Shown here in pieces: positions 32,501 through 41,491 of a stretch of DNA of 64,000 bases. This stretch comes from Candidatus Latescibacterota bacterium (lineage in GTDB: Bacteria; Latescibacterota; UBA2968; GCA-2709665), in contig OZ244937.1 of assembly GCA_965222075.1 (NCBI GenBank), positions 1,376,001 to 1,440,000 of the forward strand, read 5' to 3'. How positions within the stretch are numbered: the stretch's first letter is position 1; each line of letters starts with the position of its first letter. Under the pieces are notes generated by a model that was given only the letters and a program-made list of their open reading frames with translations, was not told the origin of the DNA and ran no database searches. Position numbers and translations under genes: made by a program.

Positions 32501-35500
32501 ACTGGTAAAACTCGGCGGTTCGTTCTCATCCGTGACGGTGACGGTGATCGTCTGCTCGGCGGTCAGTGCCCTGCCTCCCGTGCCGCCAGTGGCCGTGACC
32601 TCAACGACATAGTTGTTGTTCCTTCCAGTGTCCGTAGGATTCTCGAAGTCCGGGTCATCCTTGAAGGTCAACACGCCTCCGCTGTTGATCTCGAACCGGT
32701 CCCGGTCAGCCCCGTCGGTGATGGTATAGGCTTCGATGCGGTCGGCGTTATCGACATCCTCGGCAGTCACCCTGCCGGCAAACGAGTTGTTTTCCGGCGC
32801 CTCGAAGGCCGCGTCGCTGGTAAATGTGGGGGCCTCGTTCACATCGTTCAGGTCAATGAACACGGGAATGGTACGACTGCCTTGATGTCCGTCGGTTGCT
32901 TTCACACTCACAACATAGCGGGACTTCGTCTCATAGTCGTAGGTCTCATCCCGGTCGGTCCGAAGCTGACCGCTGCTCTCAACGATGGTGAAGGCATCCG
33001 CGTCCTGTCCTTCGAGGCTGTAGGTCAGCGTGGTGTTCTCGGGGTCGGTGGCACCCACTGGATCGCCGATATTCTCTACGCCTTCCATGTTCTCGGCCAA
33101 ACTGCGCGTGGCGCTCGACCCGTCGGTGAACACAGGTAGCTGATTGGGGTTGGTGATTCCCGTGCCGGATGGCGACCATTCGCTCCAGCCTTCGGCGTTG
33201 TGTGCCTGCACCTGCGCCTGGTAGGTCGTGTCCGGTGTCAGGTCCGTGATGGTCGTGGTGCGGTCCGCGCTGTTGTGAGACCAGGAGGTGAAGGCACCGC
33301 TGTCGCCTTCACGGTATTGCACGTTGTAGCGGTCGATATCAGGGCCGGTGTTGACCGGTTCGTCCCAACTCACCGTCAGGCGGGTCGAGGAGGCTGCCTG
33401 GACTCTGGGTGCTGCCGGATCCTCGGGAGGTTCCTGTTCGTCGTTCAGGGCGACCGTCACCTCAATGGTGTTGCTGCCACCCTGACCGTCTTCTACGCGC
33501 ACCACCACCTCATAGCGGTCCTTCTCCTCGTAGTCGTAGGTCTCGCCTGCCCGGGTCTGAAGCTGGTCACCATCGATTGCGAAGGAGGCCCGGTCCTCGC
33601 CTTCGAGGCTATAGCTCAGTGTCCCCCCGTCGCTGTCGGTAGCACTCACCGGGTTGCCGATGTCGCGGGTGCCTGTCGTATTCTCGGCAAAACTGCGCGT
33701 GGTGGTCGAACCATCGTTGAAGGTGGGCGCCTGATTGGCGACGGTCGTCCCATTGCCCGCATCCGACCAGAGGCTGGTTCCTTCGTCACTGGTCGCCTGC
33801 ACCTGAATCTGATAGGCGGTGTTCGACTGCAGGTTCGAAATCGTCGTGGTCCTGCCGGGGCCATCGTGCGTCACAGAGGTGAAGGGGCCACTGGTACCTT
33901 CGCGGTATTGCACATTGTAATCGGTGATGGCCGGCCCGGTGTTGGTCGGGGCCGTCCACCGCACGGTCAGACTGGTCAACGTCGATTCCGTCACCGAAGG
34001 CGGGTCGGGTTGGCCCGGCCGTTCGTTGTCGTCATCGGTCACTTCAATCGTCACCGCGATGGTCGCACGGCCGCCCTGCTCGTCCTCTGCCTCCACTGTC
34101 ACCACATAGCGATCCTGCGCCTCAAAGTTGTAGGTGGCGCCCGTCCTGGTCTGAAGATGACCGCTGCCCGGGTCGATGGTGAACCGATCCGTATCCCCGC
34201 CGGCGAGGCGGTAGCTCACCGTGCGGCCTTCGGGGTCGGTCGCCGTCACGGGATCGCCGATGTCCTGGACGCCAGTCGTGTTCTCTACCAGGCTGCGCGT
34301 TGGCGCGGTCTCGTCGAATACCGGCGGCTGGTTGGCACTGGTGGTCCTGAATCCCGAAGGGGACCACTGGCCCGTACCTTCGTCGTTGTGTGCCTGTACC
34401 TGCACCTCGTAGCGCGTGTTCACCTTCAGGTCCGCAATCGTCGTGGTCGTGCCCGTGTTGTTGTGCGGCCAGGGTAGGAAGCTGCCGCTACCTTCCCGAT
34501 ATTGCACGTCGTAGTCGGTGATGTCGGGACCGGTGTTGACAGGAGCCGTCCACGTCACGGTCAGGCTGGTGGATGAGGCCGGCTGTACACCGGGCCGCGC
34601 CGGCGCTTCGGGCGGTTCGTCCACGTCGGCCACATGGATCGTCACGTCAATGGTGGCATCGCCGCCATAACCGTCGTCCGCTTCCACGGTCACCGCATAG
34701 CTAACTTTCGTCTCGTAGTCGTAGGTGACGCCCGATCGGGTGCGCAACTGCCCGTTGCCTGCGTTGATGGCGAATGAATCGGCATCGGCCCCATTCAATC
34801 GGTAGGTCAGCCGGTGTCCGTCACCATCGGTGGCGCGGACCGGGTGCTGGATGTTTTGACCTGATGCCGTGTTTTCGGCTACGCTGCGGGTGGCGCTCGG
34901 GCCCTCGTCGAAGGTGGGGGCCTGATTGGGACCCGGCGGCGGCGGTGGCGGCGGTGGCGGCCGCTGAGGCGGTGGCGGCGGTGGCGGCGGTGGCGGCGGT
35001 GGGGGTGATGTCACGACGACCCTGAAGGTGGTTTCCACACGGTTGCCCTGCGCATCAATCGCGGTTATGGTGATGGTCGCACGACCCGGCCTGTTGGAGG
35101 TAATCCTCACCACCGAACCCGAAACGCGCACCGATGCCACATTGGGCTTTGACGAGGACACCTCATATTTCAAGGTGGTCTCAGAACGGAAGAGGCCGGA
35201 CACATTCACTGTCTCTTCACGACCATCCGGATTTAGTGTCTGCGTGTCAACCGAACCGATGACCTCTATGGGCTTGACGAACAGGCGCAGCGGATCGCCC
35301 ACTCCCGTCCGGATACCCCGATAACCTTCCGGCGCCCCGGACACGGACTCCAGGCTTACCACGGTCACGTTGTCCCCACTCTGCGTCACGGTGATGGGTG
35401 TGCTCGTGGTGCTGCCCACTGCGATGGTGGTGTGCGACAGGCTACCGCCCGTAACGGACAGGCGCACACTCATGTTGAACGGCGCACCTTCGGGGAGGGT

Positions 35501-36430
35501 GACCCTCACCCTCCCCGGACCGGGTGCAAACACATCCGGCGTATCTGTCCGTTTCAGTGCCAGCATAAGCGGGAAGGGCGCCCCCGGGTTGTGGTCCAAC
35601 CACAGCGATTGCAAGCTGGATAGCCCGGCGAATATACCCTCGGGCAGCGTGTGCAGTTTATTCACATAAAGCAACAGGGTCTGAAGGTCGGACAGGTCGG
35701 AGAACACGCCTCCGGGCAGCGCGGTCAAAGCATTGCCCCCCAGGTCCAGCCGTTGCAGGTTGGACAATTTGGAGAACACGCCTCCGGGCAGGCTGCTCAG
35801 GGCATTGGCGCCAAGCTGGAGGTCTTGCAAGCTGTCCAGACCGGAGAAGATAGCTTTGGGCAACGCAGTCAGACTGTTGCTGCCCAGACGCAGGACGTTC
35901 AGGTTGGACAGGCCGGCAAAATCACCGGCCTTCAAAGCCGTGATCTCCTGCTTTCTCACATTCAGGGTATCCGTGATCGTGCTTAAGTGCGCCTCTGTGA
36001 CCAGCGCGCAGTCCGTGATCTCCGGAATCAGGGATAAGAGCGCATCGCGCACCTGTGGGGTGCGCCCGCAGATCCCCGGCGCGGTCAGCAGCACGGCTAC
36101 GGCAATCTCCTGCGTTGCGCTCCAGCGGCCGTCGTTGGCTGTGACGGTGATGGCTGCACGCCCCACAGCCACAGGGCGGATGGTCACGATGGAATCCGAC
36201 ACGCTGACCGTTGCAATGGCTTTATCGGAGGATGCTGCCGTGTAGGTCAGCGTCCCCTCACCTGGATGGGTGAACGCGCCTGCCACATTCACCACAGCGG
36301 TATCCCCCTCAGTCAGAATCAGGGTCTGCGCAGGAATGACGCCCACAGGCACCGGCCCTCCCACGGGTGTGCCGGAAACAGGGGCTGACCATTCGCTCGC
36401 CCCCTCCTCGTTAAGCGTTCGGATGCGCAC
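29555..36430 (-). CDS. Middle segment of a giant surface protein: two LRR modules, FN3/cadherin repeats, poly-Pro linker
   Basis: 24-aa LRRs, repeated N..P.F...ENT...DYE cadherin and WT.P.NTGP.IT.Y.VQYR FN3 units. It begins mid-FN3 domain, so it is not a natural start. Confidence 0.85.
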   Translation of the reverse strand: MRIRTLNEEGASEWSAPVSGTPVGGPVPVGVIPAQTLILTEGDTAVVNVAGAFTHPGEGTLTYTAASSDKAIATVSVSDSIVTIRPVAVGRAAITVTANDGRWSATQEIAVAVLLTAPGICGRTPQVRDALLSLIPEITDCALVTEAHLSTITDTLNVRKQEITALKAGDFAGLSNLNVLRLGSNSLTALPKAIFSGLDSLQDLQLGANALSSLPGGVFSKLSNLQRLDLGGNALTALPGGVFSDLSDLQTLLLYVNKLHTLPEGIFAGLSSLQSLWLDHNPGAPFPLMLALKRTDTPDVFAPGPGRVRVTLPEGAPFNMSVRLSVTGGSLSHTTIAVGSTTSTPITVTQSGDNVTVVSLESVSGAPEGYRGIRTGVGDPLRLFVKPIEVIGSVDTQTLNPDGREETVNVSGLFRSETTLKYEVSSSKPNVASVRVSGSVVRITSNRPGRATITITAIDAQGNRVETTFRVVVTSPPPPPPPPPPPPPQRPPPPPPPPPGPNQAPTFDEGPSATRSVAENTASGQNIQHPVRATDGDGHRLTYRLNGADADSFAINAGNGQLRTRSGVTYDYETKVSYAVTVEADDGYGGDATIDVTIHVADVDEPPEAPARPGVQPASSTSLTVTWTAPVNTGPDITDYDVQYREGSGSFLPWPHNNTGTTTTIADLKVNTRYEVQVQAHNDEGTGQWSPSGFRTTSANQPPVFDETAPTRSLVENTTGVQDIGDPVTATDPEGRTVSYRLAGGDTDRFTIDPGSGHLQTRTGATYNFEAQDRYVVTVEAEDEQGGRATIAVTIEVTDDDNERPGQPDPPSVTESTLTSLTVRWTAPTNTGPAITDYNVQYREGTSGPFTSVTHDGPGRTTTISNLQSNTAYQIQVQATSDEGTSLWSDAGNGTTVANQAPTFNDGSTTTRSFAENTTGTRDIGNPVSATDSDGGTLSYSLEGEDRASFAIDGDQLQTRAGETYDYEEKDRYEVVVRVEDGQGGSNTIEVTVALNDEQEPPEDPAAPRVQAASSTRLTVSWDEPVNTGPDIDRYNVQYREGDSGAFTSWSHNSADRTTTITDLTPDTTYQAQVQAHNAEGWSEWSPSGTGITNPNQLPVFTDGSSATRSLAENMEGVENIGDPVGATDPENTTLTYSLEGQDADAFTIVESSGQLRTDRDETYDYETKSRYVVSVKATDGHQGSRTIPVFIDLNDVNEAPTFTSDAAFEAPENNSFAGRVTAEDVDNADRIEAYTITDGADRDRFEINSGGVLTFKDDPDFENPTDTGRNNNYVVEVTATGGTGGRALTAEQTITVTVTDENEPPSFTSDDAFTVKENEQVVARVAAEDVDRDDQITGYEVTGGADGDRFEIINTRELRFKEDPDFERPADAGSDNEYIVAVTATGGTGTRDLTATQTITVTVKDVDEPPGKPDPPTVSNETENSLTVSWTEPTNTGPAITNYFVQYRDSGAFTDWPDSGLARTRTITGLRSGRTYQVQVQAKNPEGKGPWSDRVNGTTLTAPTVSSVAFTSSPASGQNSAYKRDDVMDVTATFNDTVAVIGMPQIDLTVGSTVRQADYQSGSTTPQLLFQYTVQATEEDTDGATINANGLKLNGGRIRKNNTAINADLAHTARTNRSGHKVDGIAPALTEAEVKSDELALSYGEVLDGDPRPATGDFAVAVDDTAHSVTAVTMSTSEVSLTLASAVTPGQTVKLSYTPGTNPIRDLAQNSAVALTKLTVTNRTQDQSLNVCNRTRQVRDAIVEAAPVSTCGAVTPEHLAAVTQLSLSEKNISTLKANDFSGLTVLESLYLRDNQLSSLPQNIFSNLSALETLSLRDNELDGLDANLFSNLTNLEILLLDGNQLDSLNTNVFSGLSSLQALDLHGNELDSLDANVFSGLSSLRILDLDGNELDSLGASVFSNLSALEALDLDGNKLSSLNASVFSNLSALRILDLHGNELSSLDAGLFSNLTNLEALDLDGNELSSLDAGLFSNLTNLEALDLDGNELSSLDANLFSNLSALEALDLSDNKLSSLPQNVFSGLSALQVLYLNEQKSGHELSSLDAGLFSRLTNLETLHLNDNGLSSLPDGIFSGLTALTTLKLERNTVDPLPVTVSLELVASGQLKAKAHTGAPFEMVLPLQVVNGTVGGGTNSIEISQGSQESNVLTVTRTPGTTLAVTVDIETLPDLPPTDSGYAFVTSADLPLEVIAGLPEVKIYPTELSVAVGDSNTYTMALNSQPTMDVTVKVSVPTGSDVSVNPTERMFAADTYDMSQTVMVTADSDAVANDMVTLSHMVSGGDYQDVPAEAVT
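30170..31150 (-). repeat. ~72-bp tandem LRR-coding repeats (about 14 units)
   Basis: Recurring units such as CAGGTTGGAAAA...CATCCA.CTGCTCAGTTCGTTGCCGT at 72-nt spacing. Confidence 0.85.
34933..35006 (-). repeat. (CCG/CCA)n poly-proline linker
   Basis: GGCGGTGGC repeats encoding PPPPPPPPPPPPPQRPPPPPPPPP. Confidence 0.8.
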
Positions 36431-36489
36431 CTGATACGCCTGGTCGTTGGTCAGACCCGTGAGCGTGACGCTCGTATCGGTGCGACTGC

Positions 36490-37704
36490 TCAGGGTTTGC
36501 CCGTCCCCCCATTGCCGCTCTCTCCACCGTTCTCTCCTTGCCCAAGCGCCACCTCATACCCGCTCACCGGGGGCTTGCCGGCTTCGTCGGACGCCGCATC
36601 CCAGCGCACCGCCAATTGGCGATTGCCCGGCGCGATAACCACCTGCGAGGGTGGTGTGGCAGGCGGTTCGGCGATGTCGGTGATGGTGATGCCGACGACG
36701 AGACTGGCGCGGCCCCCCTCACCGTCGCTGACGCGCACGATCACTGAGTAGCTGCTTTGCGCCTCAAAGTCATACGCCCCCTGTGTCCGTATCTGCCCGG
36801 TGCTCGCGTCAATGGCGAAACTGTCCGCATCAGCACCGCTCAAGCTGTAGGCGAGGGTATTGCCATCGGCATCCGTCGCAGAGAGGGGATCACCCATCGG
36901 CTCACCCGCCGGGGTGTTCTCAGCCACAGAACGCGTCACAGGACTTGCCTGCCCGTCGGGCGCAAGCAGGGGCGTTGCGGTGAAGACCGGCACGCGGTTC
37001 ACCGCCTTGCCAAAGCTGTTGGCAAGGATCTCAAAGTCGTCAAACCCAATCTCGCCATCGCTGCTCAGGTCGTACCTTGCATCATACTTCTCATCACCCT
37101 CCTGATACCCGAACGCGCCTGCGAACAGCACAAAGTCGGAAAAATTCACAAGCCCACTCCCGTCAAAGTCCGGGGAAGGGGGCGCAGCGACCTGTAAGGC
37201 AACGCTGAGGGATAGAGTCACCGCCTCGGATTGTTCACCCCGGCCAAGTTCAGCACGCACCAGCCGAATCTCTGTCTCTGAAAACGCATCTGTGGTTCGA
37301 AAACGTATTGTGCCGATCAGGCCCGCGTTCACCGTAGATCCACCCGGGGACGCGATGCCGATCCGGACAAAAGTCGAGTCCTGCTCTACAAGTGCCTGCG
37401 CATTGGGCAAGACATCGCCCGCATCAAATCCCTCGTAAACAACCTGAGTCGAATCGTATTCAAAGCGAACGGAAATACTGCTCGCATCTTGAATACCTGT
37501 GCCAAAAATCTGAATGGGAACAACACGATCGGGAGATACATCCAGAGAGGATACTGCCTGGTCGCCTTGAGAACTATCCAAATCCAGAGAGAGGGAAAAG
37601 CTGCTGGTCTGTGTGGAAAGAGACCATGGAGAAATCAAAAGAAGAAGGCTCAGCACACTGGCGATGCCGAGCGCGAGGGGAAAAAATCTAACAGAGGGTT
37701 TCAT
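36490..37704 (-). CDS. N-terminal segment of a giant surface protein: signal peptide, cohesin-like, dockerin/EF-hand, cadherin, start of FN3
   Basis: Hydrophobic signal peptide, PDFDGSGLVNFSDF and YDLSSDGEIGFDDF EF-hand pair. Ends mid-FN3 at a frameshift. Confidence 0.82.
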   Translation of the reverse strand: MKPSVRFFPLALGIASVLSLLLLISPWSLSTQTSSFSLSLDLDSSQGDQAVSSLDVSPDRVVPIQIFGTGIQDASSISVRFEYDSTQVVYEGFDAGDVLPNAQALVEQDSTFVRIGIASPGGSTVNAGLIGTIRFRTTDAFSETEIRLVRAELGRGEQSEAVTLSLSVALQVAAPPSPDFDGSGLVNFSDFVLFAGAFGYQEGDEKYDARYDLSSDGEIGFDDFEILANSFGKAVNRVPVFTATPLLAPDGQASPVTRSVAENTPAGEPMGDPLSATDADGNTLAYSLSGADADSFAIDASTGQIRTQGAYDFEAQSSYSVIVRVSDGEGGRASLVVGITITDIAEPPATPPSQVVIAPGNRQLAVRWDAASDEAGKPPVSGYEVALGQGENGGESGNGGTGKP

Positions 37705-37795
37705 ACATCAACCCACCGGGATGCCCAAATCGTCCAAAAGACCGTTGGAAAGGCCTCATTGTGGTATGGCCGAAAATACTGTATTGCGTTCCAAA

Positions 37796-37831
37796 AATAT
37801 AGCAAAGGGAGTGAGATTTATCAATCCTCCA
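37796..37831 (-). promoter_or_regulatory. Right copy of the duplication: mobA stop plus putative promoter of the adhesin gene
   Basis: TTGATA-N17-TATATT with TG extended -10; near-identical to 26701-26736. Confidence 0.7.
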
Positions 37832-38426
37832 CCCCCCCATCTACCTCCTGCAGGGCAGCTTCATAGTCCTCCGGGCTGTTCACGTTTCGCAGCGACCGGA
37901 GAGCCGGATCCACACCCCGCAGATCTTCTACCGGGACACGCCGAGCCAGACACTGATCGGGCAAGAGGCTCAGGCGCAGGCGATCCTGGCGGAGCAGATC
38001 CTGGATCCTGGATAAGACCGAAATCCGGTAGACCGCCGATAAGGGATGCGCCAGACCGCCTTCCTGGGGAACCACGGCCTCCCATTCCCCAAGCAGGCCA
38101 ATCAGATGGCGCACAAAAGCAGGCCGTAAAAGGGGCACGTCGCAGGAGGAGACATAGGCGGCCTCGACCTGCCCGGACAGGGCCGAGAATCCCGTTGCCA
38201 GGCCCTGCAGGGGGCCTTTCCCCGCGCTTTCATCTCGCACCAGGGCCACCGCTGGAGGAAGGGGGGGCACCTCCTGTGCGGGGGCGGCCACCACAACCAG
38301 AGGGTCTACAACCTCCCCCAGCACCCGGACGACCCGCTGCAGCATCCGCTCCCCATCAAACGGGAGCCAGGCCTTGGGGGTGCCCATCCGCCGGCTTTCG
38401 CCGCCGCAGAGCACGATTCCCCCCAT
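37821..38426 (-). CDS. mobA: Molybdenum cofactor guanylyltransferase (MobA-like NTP transferase)
   Basis: IVLCGGESRRMG.PKA, GPLQGL, CDVP, HPLSAVY, NVNSPED. Confidence 0.88.
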   Translation of the reverse strand: MGGIVLCGGESRRMGTPKAWLPFDGERMLQRVVRVLGEVVDPLVVVAAPAQEVPPLPPAVALVRDESAGKGPLQGLATGFSALSGQVEAAYVSSCDVPLLRPAFVRHLIGLLGEWEAVVPQEGGLAHPLSAVYRISVLSRIQDLLRQDRLRLSLLPDQCLARRVPVEDLRGVDPALRSLRNVNSPEDYEAALQEVDGGVED

Positions 38427-38479
38427 GGGAAGATTTCGGATTTCGGATTTCAAGGCTTTCGCGCCGTAAAATCTACCGT

Positions 38480-38911
38480 TCAGATATCTAAAATCACAAA
38501 CGCCTCCCAGCCCCGTTCCGTCTCCCCCACCCAAAAGCGATGGAGCGTCACTGCTTTCACATCCACGATCAGGTCGTGGCGGTGCATATCCAGCTCCTCG
38601 CCCGCCAGGTCCGCAGATGCCCGGAAGGTCTCCCCCTCCTGTTCAATCCGAACCGTTTCCGCCCGGAGCAGCAGCCGTTCGGCGTCTTTATAGAAAATGA
38701 ACTCCTGCAAAAAGTTGAACAACAGGAGGTCTGAGGCCTCCGCTTCGACCTGGACGGACCGACGCGTCCGCTTCGCAACCGTCTCCAGGTCCTCCACCAT
38801 CACGTTCATCGTGGCCTCTGCCGCCGCCACGAACATGGCCTCTACCGTATCGCCCCAGGCCTCAAAGGCCACATCGGCAATCGCCACATCTTCAAGAAAC
38901 CGATAAGACAT
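38480..38911 (-). CDS. Archease
   Basis: YRFLE...ADVAFEAWG, DVKAVTLH, C-terminal VILDI. Confidence 0.92.
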   Translation of the reverse strand: MSYRFLEDVAIADVAFEAWGDTVEAMFVAAAEATMNVMVEDLETVAKRTRRSVQVEAEASDLLLFNFLQEFIFYKDAERLLLRAETVRIEQEGETFRASADLAGEELDMHRHDLIVDVKAVTLHRFWVGETERGWEAFVILDI

Positions 38912-38939
38912 TCAATATATTCCATTGTGCCACAAAAGT

Positions 38940-39827
38940 TTATACCTCACAATCCTGAAGCTTGTTCAGGACCGATTCCCGCACCTCCTCCGCCCCCTTC
39001 CCGATAAAGACCAGCTCTGTCTGATCCGCCTCAAACGGCTCCAACTCCCAGTGCCCGGCCACAAAGTTGAACAAAAAATCCCCGTCGGCACACCGCAGGA
39101 ACCCCTTGGCCCGGTATATCTGCGGCGAAAGGCGGGCGGCCACCGATTCAAACCGCGACCGGTCCAGGGAGCTGTTCGAACGGTACACAAAGGAGCCGAT
39201 CTCCGAATCGTGATGGTGGCCCACGCCCGGCGCGGGACGGCTGCGGCCGGCCATGTCCATCCCGAAAAGGAGCGAGGGGTCCACCTCGCACCGGAGCGTT
39301 CGCAACTTCGCCGCATCCGGGTTGACCGCGCAGAGGCGGGCCTCAACAGCCTCCAGGTCGCCCTGGGACACCAGATCGAGCTTGTTGACCAGAACCACGT
39401 CGGCGGCCTCGAACTGCGCCCGGGTCACGTAGCCCAGGTCCGGAAACCGGACCATCCCGTCCGCGTCTGCAATCACAATCACGCTGTCTAAGCGGACCTC
39501 CGGCAGGCTGTCCTCCACATCGAAGATCACCGCATCCGGTTCGGCCACGCCGGTGGTCTCCACCACGATCAACGCCGGCCCTACCCTCTGGGTAATCTCC
39601 CGCACCGCAGCCTCGAATTCGCCCACCAGGGAACAGCAGACGCAGCCCCCGGCCAGCTCGGTCATCTGGATATGTTCGCCCTGTACGACCCGGCTGTCGA
39701 TCGCGATCTCCCCGAATTCGTTCATCAGAATGGCGATCTTCCGGTCTGCGTGGGCGATCAGGTGGCGCAGCAGCGTCGTCTTCCCGCTCCCCAGTGCGCC
39801 GGAGATAAGGATCATCGGCGTTTTCAT
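38940..39827 (-). CDS. COG0523/CobW-family G3E GTPase (metallochaperone)
   Basis: SGALGSGKTTLL, MNEFGEIAID, GGCVCCS, ETTGVAEP, NKLD, YRAKG. Confidence 0.9.
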   Translation of the reverse strand: MKTPMILISGALGSGKTTLLRHLIAHADRKIAILMNEFGEIAIDSRVVQGEHIQMTELAGGCVCCSLVGEFEAAVREITQRVGPALIVVETTGVAEPDAVIFDVEDSLPEVRLDSVIVIADADGMVRFPDLGYVTRAQFEAADVVLVNKLDLVSQGDLEAVEARLCAVNPDAAKLRTLRCEVDPSLLFGMDMAGRSRPAPGVGHHHDSEIGSFVYRSNSSLDRSRFESVAARLSPQIYRAKGFLRCADGDFLFNFVAGHWELEPFEADQTELVFIGKGAEEVRESVLNKLQDCEV

Positions 39828-39830
39828 TCC

Positions 39831-41288
39831 CTACCCTTTCACATTCCCAATCGGAATAAACCGCACCACCCGCCGGCTGATGCCTGCCTGCCGGGTGACG
39901 TTGATCACCTCGTCGATATCCTTGTAGGCCCCGCCCGCCTCTTCGGCCAGGCCCCGGAAGGAGACGGTGCGCACGTAGATCCCCCGCTGTTCCATCTCCT
40001 GCTGCAGCCGCTTCCCGTGGAACTGCTTCCGGGCGCGGGTGCGGCTCATCGTGCGCCCGCTGCCGTGGGCCGTGGAGAAGAAAGTCTGCGCCCCGCTTTC
40101 CACCCCCGCCAGGAGGTAAGACCCGGTCTCCATGCTCCCGCCGATAATCACCGGCTGGCCCACCTGCCGGTAGCACTGCGGCAGATCCGCCATCCCGGGC
40201 CCGAAGGCCCGGGTCGCGCCCTTCCGGTGGACCAGCACCTCCCTCTCCGTCCCATCCACAACGTGCCGCTCCAGCTTGGCCGTGTTGTGGGCCACATCGT
40301 AGACCATGCGCATCCCCATCTCCTCCGCACTGCGCCCCAGCACCTCGGAAAAAACCTCCCGGATGCGGTGCAGGATAACCTGTCGGTTGGCCAATGACAT
40401 ATTAACACCACATCTCATCGCAGCGAAATAGTCCTGCCCCTCCGGCGACCGGAACGGCGCGCAGGCCAGCTCCCGGTCCCGGACCTGGATGCCGTACTTG
40501 CTCTGCATGGCCTTCAAAAAGAGCTGCAGGTAGTCGGTAGCTACCTGGTGCCCGAACCCCCGGCTGCCGCAGTGGAACATCACGACCACCTGGTCCGGGA
40601 CCGTTATCCCGAAGGCCTCGGCCGTTTTTTTGTCGTAAACGAACTCCGGTTTGGCCACCTGGATCTCCAGATAGTGGTTGCCGGACCCCAGCGTGCCAAT
40701 CTGTTTGAACCCGCGCTCCACGGCCTTCCGGCTGACCCTGGAGGCGTCCGCCCCGGCGATGCAGCCCCCTTCCTCGGTCCGCTCCAGGTCCTCTTCCCAA
40801 CCATACCCCTTTTTCACACACCACCGGGCGCCCTCTTCAACAACCGTCCGGAACGCGTTGTGGGACAGCTTGAGGAATCCGGTACTGCCCACCCCGGCCG
40901 GCACGCGTTCAAAGAGTCTGTCCACCAGCTTCTTCAGGTGGGGTTTCACTTCGTCGTGGGTCAGATTTGTGGTGACCAGGCGCATCCCGCAGCAAATATC
41001 AAACCCGATTCCGCCGGGCGAAATCACCCCCTCTTCCGCATCCATCGCCGCCACCCCCCCAATGGGGAACCCGTAGCCCCAGTGCCCGTCCGGCATGCAG
41101 TAGGCGTACTTCAAGATCCCCGGCAGCGTGGCCACATTGGTGACCTGGTCGATCACCCCCTCATCCATCTCCCCCATCAGCTTTTCGGTCGCATAAATAC
41201 GTGCGGGTACCCGCATCCCCTCTTTGTAGGAGGTTGGGATCTCCCAGATCGTATCCGAAATCTTTTGCGCCGCAGACGGAATCGGCAT
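39831..41288 (-). CDS. rtcB: RNA-splicing/repair ligase RtcB (archaeal/eukaryote-like long form)
   Basis: MPDGHWGYGFPIGG, GFDICCG, GTLGSGNHYLE, HCGSRG, HNTAK, HRKGATRA, HGSGR, EEA..AYKD. Confidence 0.95.
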   Translation of the reverse strand: MPIPSAAQKISDTIWEIPTSYKEGMRVPARIYATEKLMGEMDEGVIDQVTNVATLPGILKYAYCMPDGHWGYGFPIGGVAAMDAEEGVISPGGIGFDICCGMRLVTTNLTHDEVKPHLKKLVDRLFERVPAGVGSTGFLKLSHNAFRTVVEEGARWCVKKGYGWEEDLERTEEGGCIAGADASRVSRKAVERGFKQIGTLGSGNHYLEIQVAKPEFVYDKKTAEAFGITVPDQVVVMFHCGSRGFGHQVATDYLQLFLKAMQSKYGIQVRDRELACAPFRSPEGQDYFAAMRCGVNMSLANRQVILHRIREVFSEVLGRSAEEMGMRMVYDVAHNTAKLERHVVDGTEREVLVHRKGATRAFGPGMADLPQCYRQVGQPVIIGGSMETGSYLLAGVESGAQTFFSTAHGSGRTMSRTRARKQFHGKRLQQEMEQRGIYVRTVSFRGLAEEAGGAYKDIDEVINVTRQAGISRRVVRFIPIGNVKG

Positions 41289-41491
41289 GGCCTCCTCCTC
41301 TTTCAGATCACCTGTGGTGGCCGCTCTTTGCGTAGTGCCTGCGCAGCATGGGAACTCCTGGTGGGAACATAATACCAGTCCAGGCGTTCCACATCTTTAA
41401 GAAGCTGCAAACCGGCTGGTCTATAAATATATCCTGTGTCCGGCCAATGGTCCAGAAGATTTGTCGATGTCACCCCCCGGGAGGACGCAAC

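Noticed and set aside
38431-38451. Heptamer repeats GATTTCG x3 (and CAATTTG repeats at ~43565-43585)
   Set aside because: Short intergenic tandem repeats with too few copies to infer function.
41289-41400. Possible gene remnant upstream of rtcB (..LDWYYVPTR..QVI*)
   Set aside because: No start codon or RBS and no convincing family motif.
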